DNA of 58,043 nt from Eubacteriales bacterium (GTDB lineage: Bacteria; Bacillota; Clostridia; Oscillospirales; CAG-272), in the NCBI GenBank assembly GCA_045587985.1, contig JAZNDG010000087.1:1-58043 (forward strand). The letters are read 5' to 3'. The notes under the pieces were generated by a model. It was not told the origin of the DNA. It did no database searches and worked only from the letters and a program-made list of their open reading frames with translations. The number at the start of each line of letters is the position of its first letter. Within the stretch, counting starts at the first letter, position 1. Shown here piece after piece: positions 18,590 to 30,322 of the stretch. The position numbers and the translations under genes are program-made.

Positions 18590-19342
18590 ATGAACATTAT
18601 TCTGACAGGTGCCCTTGGGCGTATGGGACGTGAGATGCTCGCGGCTGTTGCCGCCACAGACGGCCGTGTGACGGTTTCTGCGGCTGTGGATGTAGCGGGC
18701 GGTGAGATCCCCGGCATCCCTACCTACTGTACCCTTGGTGAGGTAAGGGAGCAGGCCGATGCGCTGGTGGATTTTTCGCATCACAGCGCAACCGATGAGC
18801 TGCTTTCCTTTGCCGCGGCACGCAAAATGCCCCTTGTGATCGCCACCACCGGGCAGACCGAGGAGGAGCGCGCCGCAATCAAGGCGGCCGCCACCGATCT
18901 TCCCATTTTCTTTTCGGGTAATATGTCGATCGGCATTGCGCTTCTTGTGTCGCTTGCCCGTCAGGCGGCCGCCATCTTCCCGGAGGCAGACGTTGAGATC
19001 GTGGAGGTGCATCATAACAAGAAGCTGGATGCTCCGAGCGGTACGGCACTGATGCTGGCCGAGGGGATCCGCGAGGTGCGCGAGGGCGGAGAGCTGGTTG
19101 TTGGCAGAAGCGGTGTTTCTCCCCGCAAGCAGGGTGAGATCGGTATTCACTCGCTCCGCATGGGCAATATTGTCGGCCGTCACGAGGTGCACATCAACAC
19201 CGGCAGCCAGACCATTGTCCTTGGGCATGAGGCGCACAGCCGCGCCCTTTTTGCCGAGGGTGCTCTTGCTGCTGCCGAGTATCTTGTGGGCCGCCCGGCC
19301 GGCATCTACAACGTGCGTGACCTTCTCGGAAGGGCCGAATAA
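18590..19342 (+). CDS. dapB: 4-hydroxy-tetrahydrodipicolinate reductase
   Basis: GALGRMG, EVHHNKKLDAPSGTA. Confidence 0.96.
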   Translation: MNIILTGALGRMGREMLAAVAATDGRVTVSAAVDVAGGEIPGIPTYCTLGEVREQADALVDFSHHSATDELLSFAAARKMPLVIATTGQTEEERAAIKAAATDLPIFFSGNMSIGIALLVSLARQAAAIFPEADVEIVEVHHNKKLDAPSGTALMLAEGIREVREGGELVVGRSGVSPRKQGEIGIHSLRMGNIVGRHEVHINTGSQTIVLGHEAHSRALFAEGALAAAEYLVGRPAGIYNVRDLLGRAE

Positions 19343-19353
19343 CGGAGAATGCT

Positions 19354-20649
19354 ATGATCGCCAAGAATTTAAGTGTAAACGAAACCTCACATCTTTGCTT
19401 TGCGGGGCGTGATGTTGTCGCTTTGGCCGAGAAATACGGCACACCTCTTTATCTTCTCGATGAGGATACGGTCCGTATGCGCTGCCGCACCTACCGCGAT
19501 GCCATGCACCGCTCCTTCGGCGAGGATGCCCTGCCGCTGTATGCGGGCAAGGCGCTCTGTGTCAAGGACATCTACCGCATTATGCGGGAGGAGGGCATGG
19601 GGATTGACGTGGTGTCTGCGGGCGAGATCTATACGGCAAACGCGGCAGGCTTCCCGATGGAGCGTGCCTATTTTCACGGCAACAACAAGACGGATGCCGA
19701 TATTGCATTCGCAATGGAGTGCGCAGTCGGCCGCTTTGTCTGCGACAGCGTGGACGAGCTCGATGCGATCGAAAGAGAAGCCTCCGCACGGGGCATCACC
19801 CAGTGCATCCTGCTCCGTCTGACACCCGGGATCGATCCGCATACCCACGCCGCGATCTCCACCGGCAAGGTGGATTCCAAGTTCGGCGCCGCGATTGAAA
19901 CCGGGCAGGCCGAGGAGCTGCTTCTTGCCGCCCTTGCCCGTCCCCATATCCGCGTCCTCGGTTACCACTGCCATATCGGCTCACAGATCTTTGAATGCGA
20001 GCCCTTCCTCGATGCCGCCCGCATTATGCTTGCCTTTACGGCGGCGATGCGGGATGCACACGGCTTTGTTGCATCCGAACTGAATCTTGGCGGCGGCATG
20101 GGCGTGCGCTATCTTGCCGAGCATCCCGAGATGGACTACGCCGCCGCGATCGCCACGATCGCAAATGAGGTAAAGCGCCTCCTTTCGGAGCTTTCGCTTC
20201 CGATGCCCGCTATCCGTATGGAGCCCGGCCGCAGTATCGTGGCAGAGGCGGGTATGACGCTTTATACCGTAGGCTCTGTCAAGACCATTCCGGGCTTTAA
20301 AAACTACGTGTCGGTGGACGGCGGTATGCCCGACAACCCGCGTTTTGCCCTCTATGAATCCCCCTATACGGTTGAGCCCGCAAGCAGGATGTCTGATGCA
20401 CGGGATTTTGTCTGCACGGTTGCGGGGCGCTGCTGCGAGAGCGGCGATCTCATCCAAGAGGGCGTGGTCCTGCCGCGCCCCAAACGCGGGGACCTTCTTG
20501 CGGTTCTTACCACGGGCGCATATAACTACGCCATGGCCTCGAATTACAACCGCATCCCCCGCCCTCCGATGGTGCTTCTTGCAGACGGCAAGGACCGCCT
20601 GATCGTGCGGCGTGAAACCTTTGAGGATCTCCTCAGAAACGAGCTTTAA
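19354..20649 (+). CDS. lysA: Diaminopimelate decarboxylase
   Basis: YAGKA, HGNNK, HIGSQI, EPGRS, CCESGD, SNYN. Confidence 0.96.
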   Translation: MIAKNLSVNETSHLCFAGRDVVALAEKYGTPLYLLDEDTVRMRCRTYRDAMHRSFGEDALPLYAGKALCVKDIYRIMREEGMGIDVVSAGEIYTANAAGFPMERAYFHGNNKTDADIAFAMECAVGRFVCDSVDELDAIEREASARGITQCILLRLTPGIDPHTHAAISTGKVDSKFGAAIETGQAEELLLAALARPHIRVLGYHCHIGSQIFECEPFLDAARIMLAFTAAMRDAHGFVASELNLGGGMGVRYLAEHPEMDYAAAIATIANEVKRLLSELSLPMPAIRMEPGRSIVAEAGMTLYTVGSVKTIPGFKNYVSVDGGMPDNPRFALYESPYTVEPASRMSDARDFVCTVAGRCCESGDLIQEGVVLPRPKRGDLLAVLTTGAYNYAMASNYNRIPRPPMVLLADGKDRLIVRRETFEDLLRNEL

Positions 20650-20655
20650 AAAAGA

Positions 20656-20686
20656 AAAACGGGTAGAAGCATCTACCCGTTTTTTT
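20656..20686. terminator. Intrinsic terminator after lysA
   Basis: aaaaacgggtaga-agca-tctacccgttttt. Confidence 0.85.
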
Positions 20687-20810
20687 ATGCAATCATTTCA
20701 GCAAATCCTTTTGCCCGCCGCGCAGATCAGGCGTATCGGCTTGCCTGGCGAAGGCCGTCCTTCTCGTGGTGGGCCGATATCCCTATTTTGGGCATACGAG
20801 GGCGCATTGC

Positions 20811-21590
20811 TTATGCCTTTGGTCCCGGTTTGGTCGAGGCGCGCACCCAGCGCGGGCTATAAAGCTCGGCGGCTGAGGAGAGAAGCACGCTTTTTCCTCG
20901 CCGCGGCGATACCACAAGGCGCGCATCGTCATCGATTCCCACCACCGTGGCACGGCGGCGCTTGCCTCGTTGCCAATAGCGGATGCGCTTGCCCTGCAGA
21001 AGAGAAAGAGCGCGATATTCGTCTAAAAAGGCGGTGCTGTCGGTCGTGGCATAGCCTTCATAGAGGGTATAGAATTCGGTAATGAGGGTTTCGGCCACGC
21101 GGTCGGCAAGCGTGGTGCGTTGGCTCGAAAAGACACTCTTCACCACGTCCCCAAGGCTTTCGGCAAAGGCGGGTGTGATGTGCAGCGTGAGCATGACCGT
21201 CACGTAAAGGAATCCGCCGCCGGGACCGAGGGCTGCCTTCGTTGTCACGTGCGCGAGGCGTTGCTTGCCCGCGTACACGTCACTCACCCAGCGGATCATC
21301 GGCTCGTGGGAGGAGTGGCGGCGCACCGTGCGTGCAAGGGCGGTTGCCCCCAGCACGGCCATCATTCCGCCGCGGCTTGGGGAAAGCGCGGGGCGCAGAA
21401 GGAGCCCCACCGTCAGCTCGCCGGCATTCTTGCGGGAGAGCGCATCTCCTGCTACAAGCACGTAGCCTGCCTCGGCTCCGGTCCGCGCCAGATTTTCAAG
21501 ATGCTCGGAGGGGGAGGAGAGGGTGTCAATTCTCTCGATCGTCAAAAGGCGCCCACCGGGCGAACGTGATGTGGAAATCTTCGATGCCAT
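20811..21590 (-). CDS. Degenerate BirA/biotin-ligase-like protein
   Basis: IRWVSDVY (cf. IKWxND), FLDEYRALSLLQGK, VVGIDDDARLVV C-terminal domain; no GRGR or KxxGIL. Confidence 0.65.
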   Translation of the reverse strand: MASKISTSRSPGGRLLTIERIDTLSSPSEHLENLARTGAEAGYVLVAGDALSRKNAGELTVGLLLRPALSPSRGGMMAVLGATALARTVRRHSSHEPMIRWVSDVYAGKQRLAHVTTKAALGPGGGFLYVTVMLTLHITPAFAESLGDVVKSVFSSQRTTLADRVAETLITEFYTLYEGYATTDSTAFLDEYRALSLLQGKRIRYWQRGKRRRATVVGIDDDARLVVSPRRGKSVLLSSAAELYSPRWVRASTKPGPKA

Positions 21591-21616
21591 GGTGGGCTCC
21601 CTCCGTATTTTTTATT

Positions 21617-23056
21617 TTAGTATGCCTTGCCCCAGTACACAAGGGACTTGGCAGGTCTACCGCAGCAAACGCAGGTGGCGGCAACCTCCTCGGTGTCGTC
21701 AAACGGCATGCAGCGAGAGGAAACGTCTGCCTCTGCCTTCAGCTTCTCCTCGCACTCGCGATCGCCGCACCACATCGCACGGATGTAGCCGCTTTCCTTC
21801 GAGGCGATCTCGCAAAGCTCCTCCATCGTGGTAGCGGTGAAGGTTCTCCTTGCGCGGTTTTCGGACGCCTTCTCAAAGAGGGCAAGGGTGAGCGCCTCAA
21901 GCTGCTCCCCAACAATGCGGGAAGCATCAGCGATCGGGGCAAAGGTCTTTTCGCGGTTATCGCGGCGCACGATCACGCAGCTGCCGTTTTCAATATCGCG
22001 CGGGCCGATCTCAATGCGCAGCGGCACGCCCTTCATCTCATACTCGGCAAACTTCCATCCGGGCGAGTTGTCGCTGTCGTCAAGCTTCACACGGTAGGTC
22101 TTCGAAAGCTCGTCTGCAAGGGCACGGGCGGCATCCAACACACCCTCCTTATGCATCTGCACCGGCACCACCACGACCTGGATCGGGGCGACCGCGCTCG
22201 GCAGCACAAGACCGTTGTCATCGCCGTGCGTCATAATGATACCGCCGATGATACGGGTGGAAACGCCCCAGGAGGTCTGGTGGCAGTATTTCAGCTTGTT
22301 GTCGCGGTCAAGGTACTGGATGCCAAAGGCCTTTGCAAACCCATCGCCAAAGTTGTGCGAGGTGCCGCCCTGCAGCGCCTTACCGTCGTGCATCAGAGCC
22401 TCGACCGTGTAGGTGGCCTCGGCGCCTGCAAACTTCTCCTTATCGGTCTTGCGGCCGCGGAGCACCGGGATACCGAGGTCCTTTTCAAAGAAATCGGCGT
22501 ACACGTTCAGCATACGCAGCGTTTCGGCCTCGCTCTCCTCGGCGGTTGCGTGCATGGTATGCCCCTCCTGCCAGAGAAACTCACGGCTGCGGAGGAAGGG
22601 GCGGGTGGTCTTCTCCCAGCGCACCACGCTGCACCACTGGTTATAAAGCTTCGGCAGGTCGCGGTAGGAGCGGATGATGTTGGCGTAATGCTCACAGAAA
22701 AGGGTTTCGGAGGTCGGGCGGACGCAAAGCCGCTCGGTCAGCCTTTCGCTGCCCCCCATCGTCACCCACGCCACCTCGGGCGCAAAGCCCTCCACGTGGT
22801 CCTTTTCCTTTTGGAGAAGCGATTCGGGGATGAACATCGGCATGTAAACGTTTTCATGCCCGGTCGCCTTAAAGCGCGAATCAAGGATCTTCTGGATGTT
22901 CTCCCAGATCGCATAGCCGTAGGGACGGATGATCATGCACCCCTTCACGCTCGAATAGTCGATCAGATCGGCCTTCTTCACGATGTCGGTGTACCATTTT
23001 GCAAAATCCTCGTTCATCGAGGTGATCGAATCGACCATTTTCGCATTGTTAGCCAT
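21617..23056 (-). CDS. proS: Proline--tRNA ligase (archaeal/eukaryotic type)
   Basis: [34 protein letters not shown]-terminal Cys motifs and GKAY. Confidence 0.96.
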   Translation of the reverse strand: MANNAKMVDSITSMNEDFAKWYTDIVKKADLIDYSSVKGCMIIRPYGYAIWENIQKILDSRFKATGHENVYMPMFIPESLLQKEKDHVEGFAPEVAWVTMGGSERLTERLCVRPTSETLFCEHYANIIRSYRDLPKLYNQWCSVVRWEKTTRPFLRSREFLWQEGHTMHATAEESEAETLRMLNVYADFFEKDLGIPVLRGRKTDKEKFAGAEATYTVEALMHDGKALQGGTSHNFGDGFAKAFGIQYLDRDNKLKYCHQTSWGVSTRIIGGIIMTHGDDNGLVLPSAVAPIQVVVVPVQMHKEGVLDAARALADELSKTYRVKLDDSDNSPGWKFAEYEMKGVPLRIEIGPRDIENGSCVIVRRDNREKTFAPIADASRIVGEQLEALTLALFEKASENRARRTFTATTMEELCEIASKESGYIRAMWCGDRECEEKLKAEADVSSRCMPFDDTEEVAATCVCCGRPAKSLVYWGKAY

Positions 23057-23089
23057 TATATATAACTCCTTGAAGAATTTACTCATATC

Positions 23090-23118
23090 ATTATAACGCA
23101 AGCACCCTCGCTTGTCAA
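23090..23118 (-). promoter_or_regulatory. Sigma-A promoter of proS
   Basis: TTGACA-17-TATAAT on the minus strand. Confidence 0.85.
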
Positions 23119-23336
23119 GTCTGCCACCGACAAAAAAAATGCCCGAAGCGGCGGCTTTTGCAGGGCGTTTTGGAGGGAGGCTCGGAAAAAGACATCCGTT
23201 TTTCGTCTTTTGCAAGAAAAAATGAATTTTTTTGAAAAATGACTTGCAAAATGCATAGAGAAATGGTAGAATATATGGCGTGTTGCCGAAAGAATAATGA
23301 CGGCAAGACAAAACTAACTTTCAAAAAGGTGTCAAC

Positions 23337-24614
23337 ATGAACTATCTTTCCCTGTCGCGTGAGGCGCTTCTTTCGGAGTACGCGGTGCAAAAGGCCCGCT
23401 ATGATGCATTTCTCGGAGAAGGTCTTTCGCTGGACCTTTCTCGCGGCAAGCCCTCAGCAGAGCAGCTTGACCTTTCAAACGGATTTCTGACGGCTGTCGG
23501 TACCCCTGCCGAAACGAAGGCGGAAAACGGCTTTGACTGCCGCAATTACGGTGAGCTTTCGGGCATTCCCGAGGCGCGCCGCTTCTTCTCCTCCTATACC
23601 GGCATCCCTGCCGAGAATATCATCGTGGGCGGCAACTCAAGCCTGAATCTGATGTATGATGCCATTGCCCGCTGCATGATCTTCGGTACGCAGGGCTCTC
23701 TCTGTCCCTGGTGCCGTGAGGAAAAGCTCCGTTTCCTTTGTCCCGCCCCCGGATATGACCGCCATTTTGCGATCACCGAGTCCTTTGGCTTTGAGATGAT
23801 CCCCGTCAGAATGACCGAGACCGGCCCTGATATGGATGAGGTTGAGCAGCTGGTGAAGGACGGGAGCGTCAAGGGCATCTGGTGCGTTCCCAAGTATTCA
23901 AACCCCACGGGCATCACGTACAGTGAGGAAACCGTGCGCCGCCTTGCCGAAATGCAGACCGCCGCGCCCGATTTCCGTATCTTCTGGGATAACGCATATG
24001 CCCTGCACGCCTTCTTTACCGAGGATGATACGCTTGCCGATATCTTCGCCTTTGCGCGCGCGGCGGGCAATGAGGATCGCATCTTCTATTTTACCTCCAC
24101 CTCCAAGATCACCTATCCCGGCGGCGGTATCTCGATGGTGGCGGCCTCGGATGCAAACCTTGCTCTTATTCGCAAGGCCATGACCGTACAGACCATCGGC
24201 CACGATAAGATCAACCAGCTCCGCCATGTCCGCTTCTTCCGTGAGGAGGGCTCGCTCCGTGCGCATATGCTTGCACACGGCAGGATCATCGGCCGTAAAT
24301 TCACTATCCTCTATTCGGTGCTGAATGAGCAGCTCGCGGATGCGGGCATCGCCACCTGGACACAGCCGAAGGGCGGCTACTTCTCCTCGCTTGATGTAAT
24401 GGAGGGCTGTGCTACCCGTGTCTATAACCTCTGCCGTGAGGCAGGCGTTACGCTCACCAAGGTGGGTGCCACCTTCCCCTACGGGCGCGATCCCGAGGAC
24501 AAGAATCTTCGCCTTGCCCCCTCGTTTGCGACCGATGAGGCGCTTTACAAGGCGGCCGAGGTGCTTTCGGTTGCCGTCAAGCTTGCCTCCCTTGAAAAGC
24601 TCCTTGCAGAATAA
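23337..24614 (+). CDS. PLP-dependent class I/II aminotransferase (actinobacterial-type aspartate aminotransferase-like)
   Basis: LDLSRGKP, PGYDRHF, WDNAY, STSKIT, GATFPYG. Confidence 0.88.
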   Translation: MNYLSLSREALLSEYAVQKARYDAFLGEGLSLDLSRGKPSAEQLDLSNGFLTAVGTPAETKAENGFDCRNYGELSGIPEARRFFSSYTGIPAENIIVGGNSSLNLMYDAIARCMIFGTQGSLCPWCREEKLRFLCPAPGYDRHFAITESFGFEMIPVRMTETGPDMDEVEQLVKDGSVKGIWCVPKYSNPTGITYSEETVRRLAEMQTAAPDFRIFWDNAYALHAFFTEDDTLADIFAFARAAGNEDRIFYFTSTSKITYPGGGISMVAASDANLALIRKAMTVQTIGHDKINQLRHVRFFREEGSLRAHMLAHGRIIGRKFTILYSVLNEQLADAGIATWTQPKGGYFSSLDVMEGCATRVYNLCREAGVTLTKVGATFPYGRDPEDKNLRLAPSFATDEALYKAAEVLSVAVKLASLEKLLAE

Positions 24615-24620
24615 TTCATG

Positions 24621-24658
24621 AAAAAGAAGGGCTACGTGACTGTAGCCCCTCTTTTTTT
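24621..24658 (+). terminator. Intrinsic terminator
   Basis: gggctac-gtgact-gtagccc followed by a T tract. Confidence 0.75.
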
Positions 24659-24787
24659 GCTCGATCAATAGTCGCTCCTTGAGGGGAGCTCCCATAGAGC
24701 GGGCAAGAGGCGCCCCTCTTTGCTTGTCCCCCTTCCGGCTATCGACCGAAGGGAGCGGCGCCTTTCTTTCCGTGCCCTCTTTTTTCC

Positions 24788-24816
24788 TTGACAGAGCCCC
24801 CTCTTTTTGGTACAAT
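24788..24816 (+). promoter_or_regulatory. Sigma-A promoter of ligA
   Basis: TTGACA-17-TACAAT. Confidence 0.8.
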
Positions 24817-24840
24817 ATAAGGTGTAGAAAACAAGCATAG

Positions 24841-26871
<2,031 letters not shown>

Positions 26872-26931
26872 AACACGTTTTGCGTAAACAAAACAATACA
26901 AAAAAGACCGAGAGGATTCTCGGTCTTTTCC

Positions 26932-27669
26932 TTATTCGGGCAAGCGGCCGGTGGGTCTGTATCCATCGATCCTCCCCTCGCATAGCGCGGTGTAGATGCG
27001 GTGGCGGAGCCCCGGATGCTCCTTTTCAAGCGAGCGGAGAAGGGTTTTCATATTCTCGCGCTCGGTGTGCTTATCCTCGGGGCAGAGGCTCTTTACGATC
27101 GGCAGGGGATAGTGCCGCGCAAAGTATTCGACATCACTCTCCTTTGCGTAAAGAAGCGGGCGGATCATGTAAAGGTCGCGGTTGGATAAATAGGTAACGG
27201 GTGAAAAGCACCCAAGCCGCCCCTCAAAAAAGAGGTTCAGCATAAAGGTCTCCACCACATCGTCAAAGTGGTGGCCGAGCGCTACTGTGGTGGCCCCCAT
27301 TTCCTTGGCCGCGCTGTGCAATACCCCGCGCCGCATCCTTGCACAGAGTGAGCAGGGGTTCGATTCACGCCTTTCCTCAAAGATGATCCGGGCAATATCG
27401 GTTTTTTCCACGCGATACGGAACGTCTATTTCCTTGCAAAGCTCGGCGATCGGTGAAAAATCGCTGCCGCAAAAGCCCATATCCACCGTAACGGCGCAAA
27501 GGCTGAAGGGGATGGGATAAAAGCGCCGCAGCTCGCTGAGCCCAAGGAGAAGCGTGAGCGAATCCTTTCCACCCGAGATCCCCACGGCAATGCGGTCGTT
27601 TTCCCTTATCATGCCGTAATCGTCAAGCGCACGGCGCATAAAGCTGAGTATTCTTTGTATTTCCTTCAT
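26932..27669 (-). CDS. ttcA: TtcA-family tRNA 2-thiocytidine biosynthesis protein
   Basis: SGGKDS PP-loop, NPCSLCARMRRG, LGHHFDD, IRPL. Confidence 0.82.
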   Translation of the reverse strand: MKEIQRILSFMRRALDDYGMIRENDRIAVGISGGKDSLTLLLGLSELRRFYPIPFSLCAVTVDMGFCGSDFSPIAELCKEIDVPYRVEKTDIARIIFEERRESNPCSLCARMRRGVLHSAAKEMGATTVALGHHFDDVVETFMLNLFFEGRLGCFSPVTYLSNRDLYMIRPLLYAKESDVEYFARHYPLPIVKSLCPEDKHTERENMKTLLRSLEKEHPGLRHRIYTALCEGRIDGYRPTGRLPE

Positions 27670-27672
27670 TGT

Positions 27673-27701
27673 CACCTTCGTCCTTTGTCCTTCATAAGAT
27701 A
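27673..27701 (+). promoter_or_regulatory. Putative sigma-K-type promoter of the amidase
   Basis: CACC-16-CATAAGATA. Confidence 0.5.
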
Positions 27702-27732
27702 TAGCGTAAGACTACTTTTAGGGGGAAGCAAT

Positions 27733-28299
27733 ATGGCAATACGAGTCTATATTGACCAGGGGCACAACCCCGTCAACCCAAACGCGGGGGCCGAGGCAAA
27801 CGGCTACCGTGAGCAGGATATCGTTTACCGTGTCGGTGTTGCGCTTTATGAGCTCCTGCTTGCAGACCCGAATTTTACACCCCGTCTTTCACGCACGACA
27901 CCAAGCGTTGTGCTCGGCGTTTCCAATGCCGATAGCCTGCGCATACGTGTGGCGGGGGCAGTGAGCTTTGGGGCGGATCTTTTCTTAAGCATTCATACGA
28001 ATGCGGCAAGCGATCCCTTGGCAAACGGGAGTGAGGCGCTTGTCTTTTCTGCGGCAAGCCCCTCCTATCGGATCGCCGAGGCGCTCCTTCTTGGCGTGAC
28101 CGATGCCACAGGCTTCCGCAATCGCGGGGTGAAGCTTCGCCCGGGGCTGTATGTGCTGCGGCGCACTCCGATGCCCGCTGTCGTCCTTGAGCTCGGCTTT
28201 ATCACCAACCCGCGCGAGGCCACGTATATGTACGAAAATCCCACGCTCTTTGCAAGGGGGATCTATAACGGCTTAAGAAGCTACTACGGTTTATCCTAA
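27733..28299 (+). CDS. N-acetylmuramoyl-L-alanine amidase (Amidase_3, catalytic domain only)
   Basis: IDQGH, LSIHTNA, LYVLRRTPMPAVVLELGFITN. Confidence 0.9.
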   Translation: MAIRVYIDQGHNPVNPNAGAEANGYREQDIVYRVGVALYELLLADPNFTPRLSRTTPSVVLGVSNADSLRIRVAGAVSFGADLFLSIHTNAASDPLANGSEALVFSAASPSYRIAEALLLGVTDATGFRNRGVKLRPGLYVLRRTPMPAVVLELGFITNPREATYMYENPTLFARGIYNGLRSYYGLS

Positions 28300-28302
28300 A
28301 GG

Positions 28303-28330
28303 AAGGGACAGCATGATGCTGTCCCTTTTT
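28303..28330. terminator. Bidirectional terminator
   Basis: aagggacagcat-g-atgctgtccctt. Confidence 0.75.
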
Positions 28331-29013
28331 TATTCGGTCACAGCGTGAAGCTCAAGCTTCTCGCAGGAGAGAAATTCCTGGGCGGCTGCCACGCTATTTG
28401 TGGAAAAGAGGTATTCGGCACCGCAAAGGCGGCAGAAAACACGGATGCCCTCGCTTGTCAATTCCACATCGTATTCGCCCGCCACACAGGGGCAGTGGAT
28501 ATGGCCGTCTGCCTCCAGCTCCTTGACCATAAAGCGCACGATATCATAGATCTGCGCATCGGGCAGGAAGGGCTCTTCATCGTCCGGCAGGGCGCTGTCG
28601 CAGTCCTCCTCGTCCTCGGTGACGGCCCCCTTGCCGACAAGCTCCGCATAAAGCGCGTTCAGCTCCTCGGTGCTTTTCTCTGTGGCCGCCGAAAGCGCCC
28701 CCTCGTCACGGCCGAAAAAGCCGACATCAAGATCGGTATAGGGGCAGGAAAGGTGGAAGATATCCTTTCCGTAAAAAAGCGAATCCGAGAGAGTATAGTG
28801 ATGCTCCTTACCGCAAAGGAGGCAGGGCACGGTCAAGCGGATGCGGTGATCGGCAGAGCCGAGGATGGTCATCTCGGCCTCTGCGCCGCAGGGGCAGCGC
28901 AAGCGCAGCATATCCTGCGAGCCAAGGCCAAAGGCCCCCGCAATCCCACGGACAATATAGCCGCAGGAGGGGCAGCGGTAGGCGATATGGGTGGTTTTTG
29001 GATTGAGTATCAT
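28330..29013 (-). CDS. Cys-rich hypothetical protein (putative multi-Zn-ribbon)
   Basis: CPSC, CPCG, CLLC, CPC, CRLC. Confidence 0.75.
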   Translation of the reverse strand: MILNPKTTHIAYRCPSCGYIVRGIAGAFGLGSQDMLRLRCPCGAEAEMTILGSADHRIRLTVPCLLCGKEHHYTLSDSLFYGKDIFHLSCPYTDLDVGFFGRDEGALSAATEKSTEELNALYAELVGKGAVTEDEEDCDSALPDDEEPFLPDAQIYDIVRFMVKELEADGHIHCPCVAGEYDVELTSEGIRVFCRLCGAEYLFSTNSVAAAQEFLSCEKLELHAVTE

Positions 29014-29028
29014 CGGTAAAACACCTCG

Positions 29029-29601
29029 TTATGGTTGTATGGGGAGGATCCCCCTGTCGGTCGCCAGAGCCGAAACACATCGGTCGTAGCGCCCAAAGGG
29101 GAGGGATGGCAGGATAAAATCTCGGTACACGACACCGAGCGCGCCGACCTCGTGCTTCCGTAAAAAGCGGTCGTAGTAGCCGCCTCCGTAGCCGATGCGC
29201 CGTCCGCTCTCGTCAAATACGATGCCGGGCACCAGGATAAGAGAAGAGGGCGCACCCTGAAAGAGGGGGGCATCCTCCCTCGGCTCACGGATGCCGAAGC
29301 GCCCATTTACAAGCTCGGAGGGGGAGGAGATATAGTGAAAGGTCATCACACCCTGCCCAAGCGTTCTTGGCAGGCATACCCGCTTTCCTCCCTCAAGCGC
29401 CGAGCAGATAAGGGGCATAATGTCGATCTCGGCACCGATGGGGGCGTAAGCAAGCAGCACGCCAGCATACCGATAGGATGCACTTCTTTCGATCACGCGG
29501 CAAATGAGCGCATCCCGCTCGCTCCGCAAGGAGGGCGGTAGTGCCTCGCGCTTTTCCTTATAGACGGCGCGCAGGGCCGTCTTTTGCTCCTTAAGGCTCA
29601 T
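29029..29601 (-). CDS. 5-formyltetrahydrofolate cyclo-ligase
   Basis: FGIREP, LVPGIVFD, RIGYGGGYYDRFL. Confidence 0.92.
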   Translation of the reverse strand: MSLKEQKTALRAVYKEKREALPPSLRSERDALICRVIERSASYRYAGVLLAYAPIGAEIDIMPLICSALEGGKRVCLPRTLGQGVMTFHYISSPSELVNGRFGIREPREDAPLFQGAPSSLILVPGIVFDESGRRIGYGGGYYDRFLRKHEVGALGVVYRDFILPSLPFGRYDRCVSALATDRGILPIQP

Positions 29602-29605
29602 ACCG

Positions 29606-30322
29606 TTACCTCGGCATCGGCTCGGGCAGACGGCGGGGTGCGCGCCCCCTGAGCGGGAAAAGAAGAAACGCATGCGCGCCCTTTTCCCGTACCGCGATTT
29701 CCCCCGATACCGCAAGCGCATGCGTACGGTCGTCACGGGCGAGAAGGGCGTAGCCCTCGTCTAAGCGAAAGGGGAGGACGGCATCGCCGAGCGTGGAAAG
29801 AGTAAAGCTAAAGAGCTCGGGGGAGAGGTGGCGGCCGAGCGCAGGGTAGAGCGCCGCATCGTGTTCTGCATTTGATGCGGAAAGCCCCTGCTCAAGCGTG
29901 AGTGAAAGGTCAGCCCCCGTACGCAGTACGGCCGCACCGCCCGCAGGATAGCGCTCGGTAAAGCCCATTCTGCCGTACGCCTCGGCAAGTGCCGGCGTAG
30001 CAGGCAAAAGGGTAAGGGCGGAATAGCCGGCAGCCCCGGCGCCCTCTGCTACCTCTCTTAAGAGGGTACGCAAAAGCCCCTTTCCACGTGCGGCAGGCAC
30101 AGTCGCAAGCGCATAGAGATACAAAAGCCAGCGTCCTTCGACCGAAAACGGGATACCGATGCCCTGCGTGAGCACCTCCTTGTCATCGCTGATCGAAAAG
30201 AACTCTGCCCCCGCATCGAGAAGCCGGCAGACATCCCTCTCGGCCTCCTTATGCATCATGCCAAAGGCATCCGCAAAGAGTGCACTCGAAAAAGGGGCGC
30301 TTTGTCCAAAGGAGAAGGTCAC
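29606..30322 (-). CDS. GNAT-family acetyltransferase
   Basis: YLYALATVPAARGKGL, LLPA...YGRMGF. Confidence 0.75.
   Translation of the reverse strand: MTFSFGQSAPFSSALFADAFGMMHKEAERDVCRLLDAGAEFFSISDDKEVLTQGIGIPFSVEGRWLLYLYALATVPAARGKGLLRTLLREVAEGAGAAGYSALTLLPATPALAEAYGRMGFTERYPAGGAAVLRTGADLSLTLEQGLSASNAEHDAALYPALGRHLSPELFSFTLSTLGDAVLPFRLDEGYALLARDDRTHALAVSGEIAVREKGAHAFLLFPLRGRAPRRLPEPMPR

Noticed and set aside
20687-20810. GC-rich gap after the BirA-like gene
   Set aside because: No convincing ORF, motif or stable structure found by eye
23057-23336. T-box leaders for proS (and for cysS at 34906-34941)
   Set aside because: Consensus promoters lie about 35 nt from the start codons, leaving no room; no T-box motif seen
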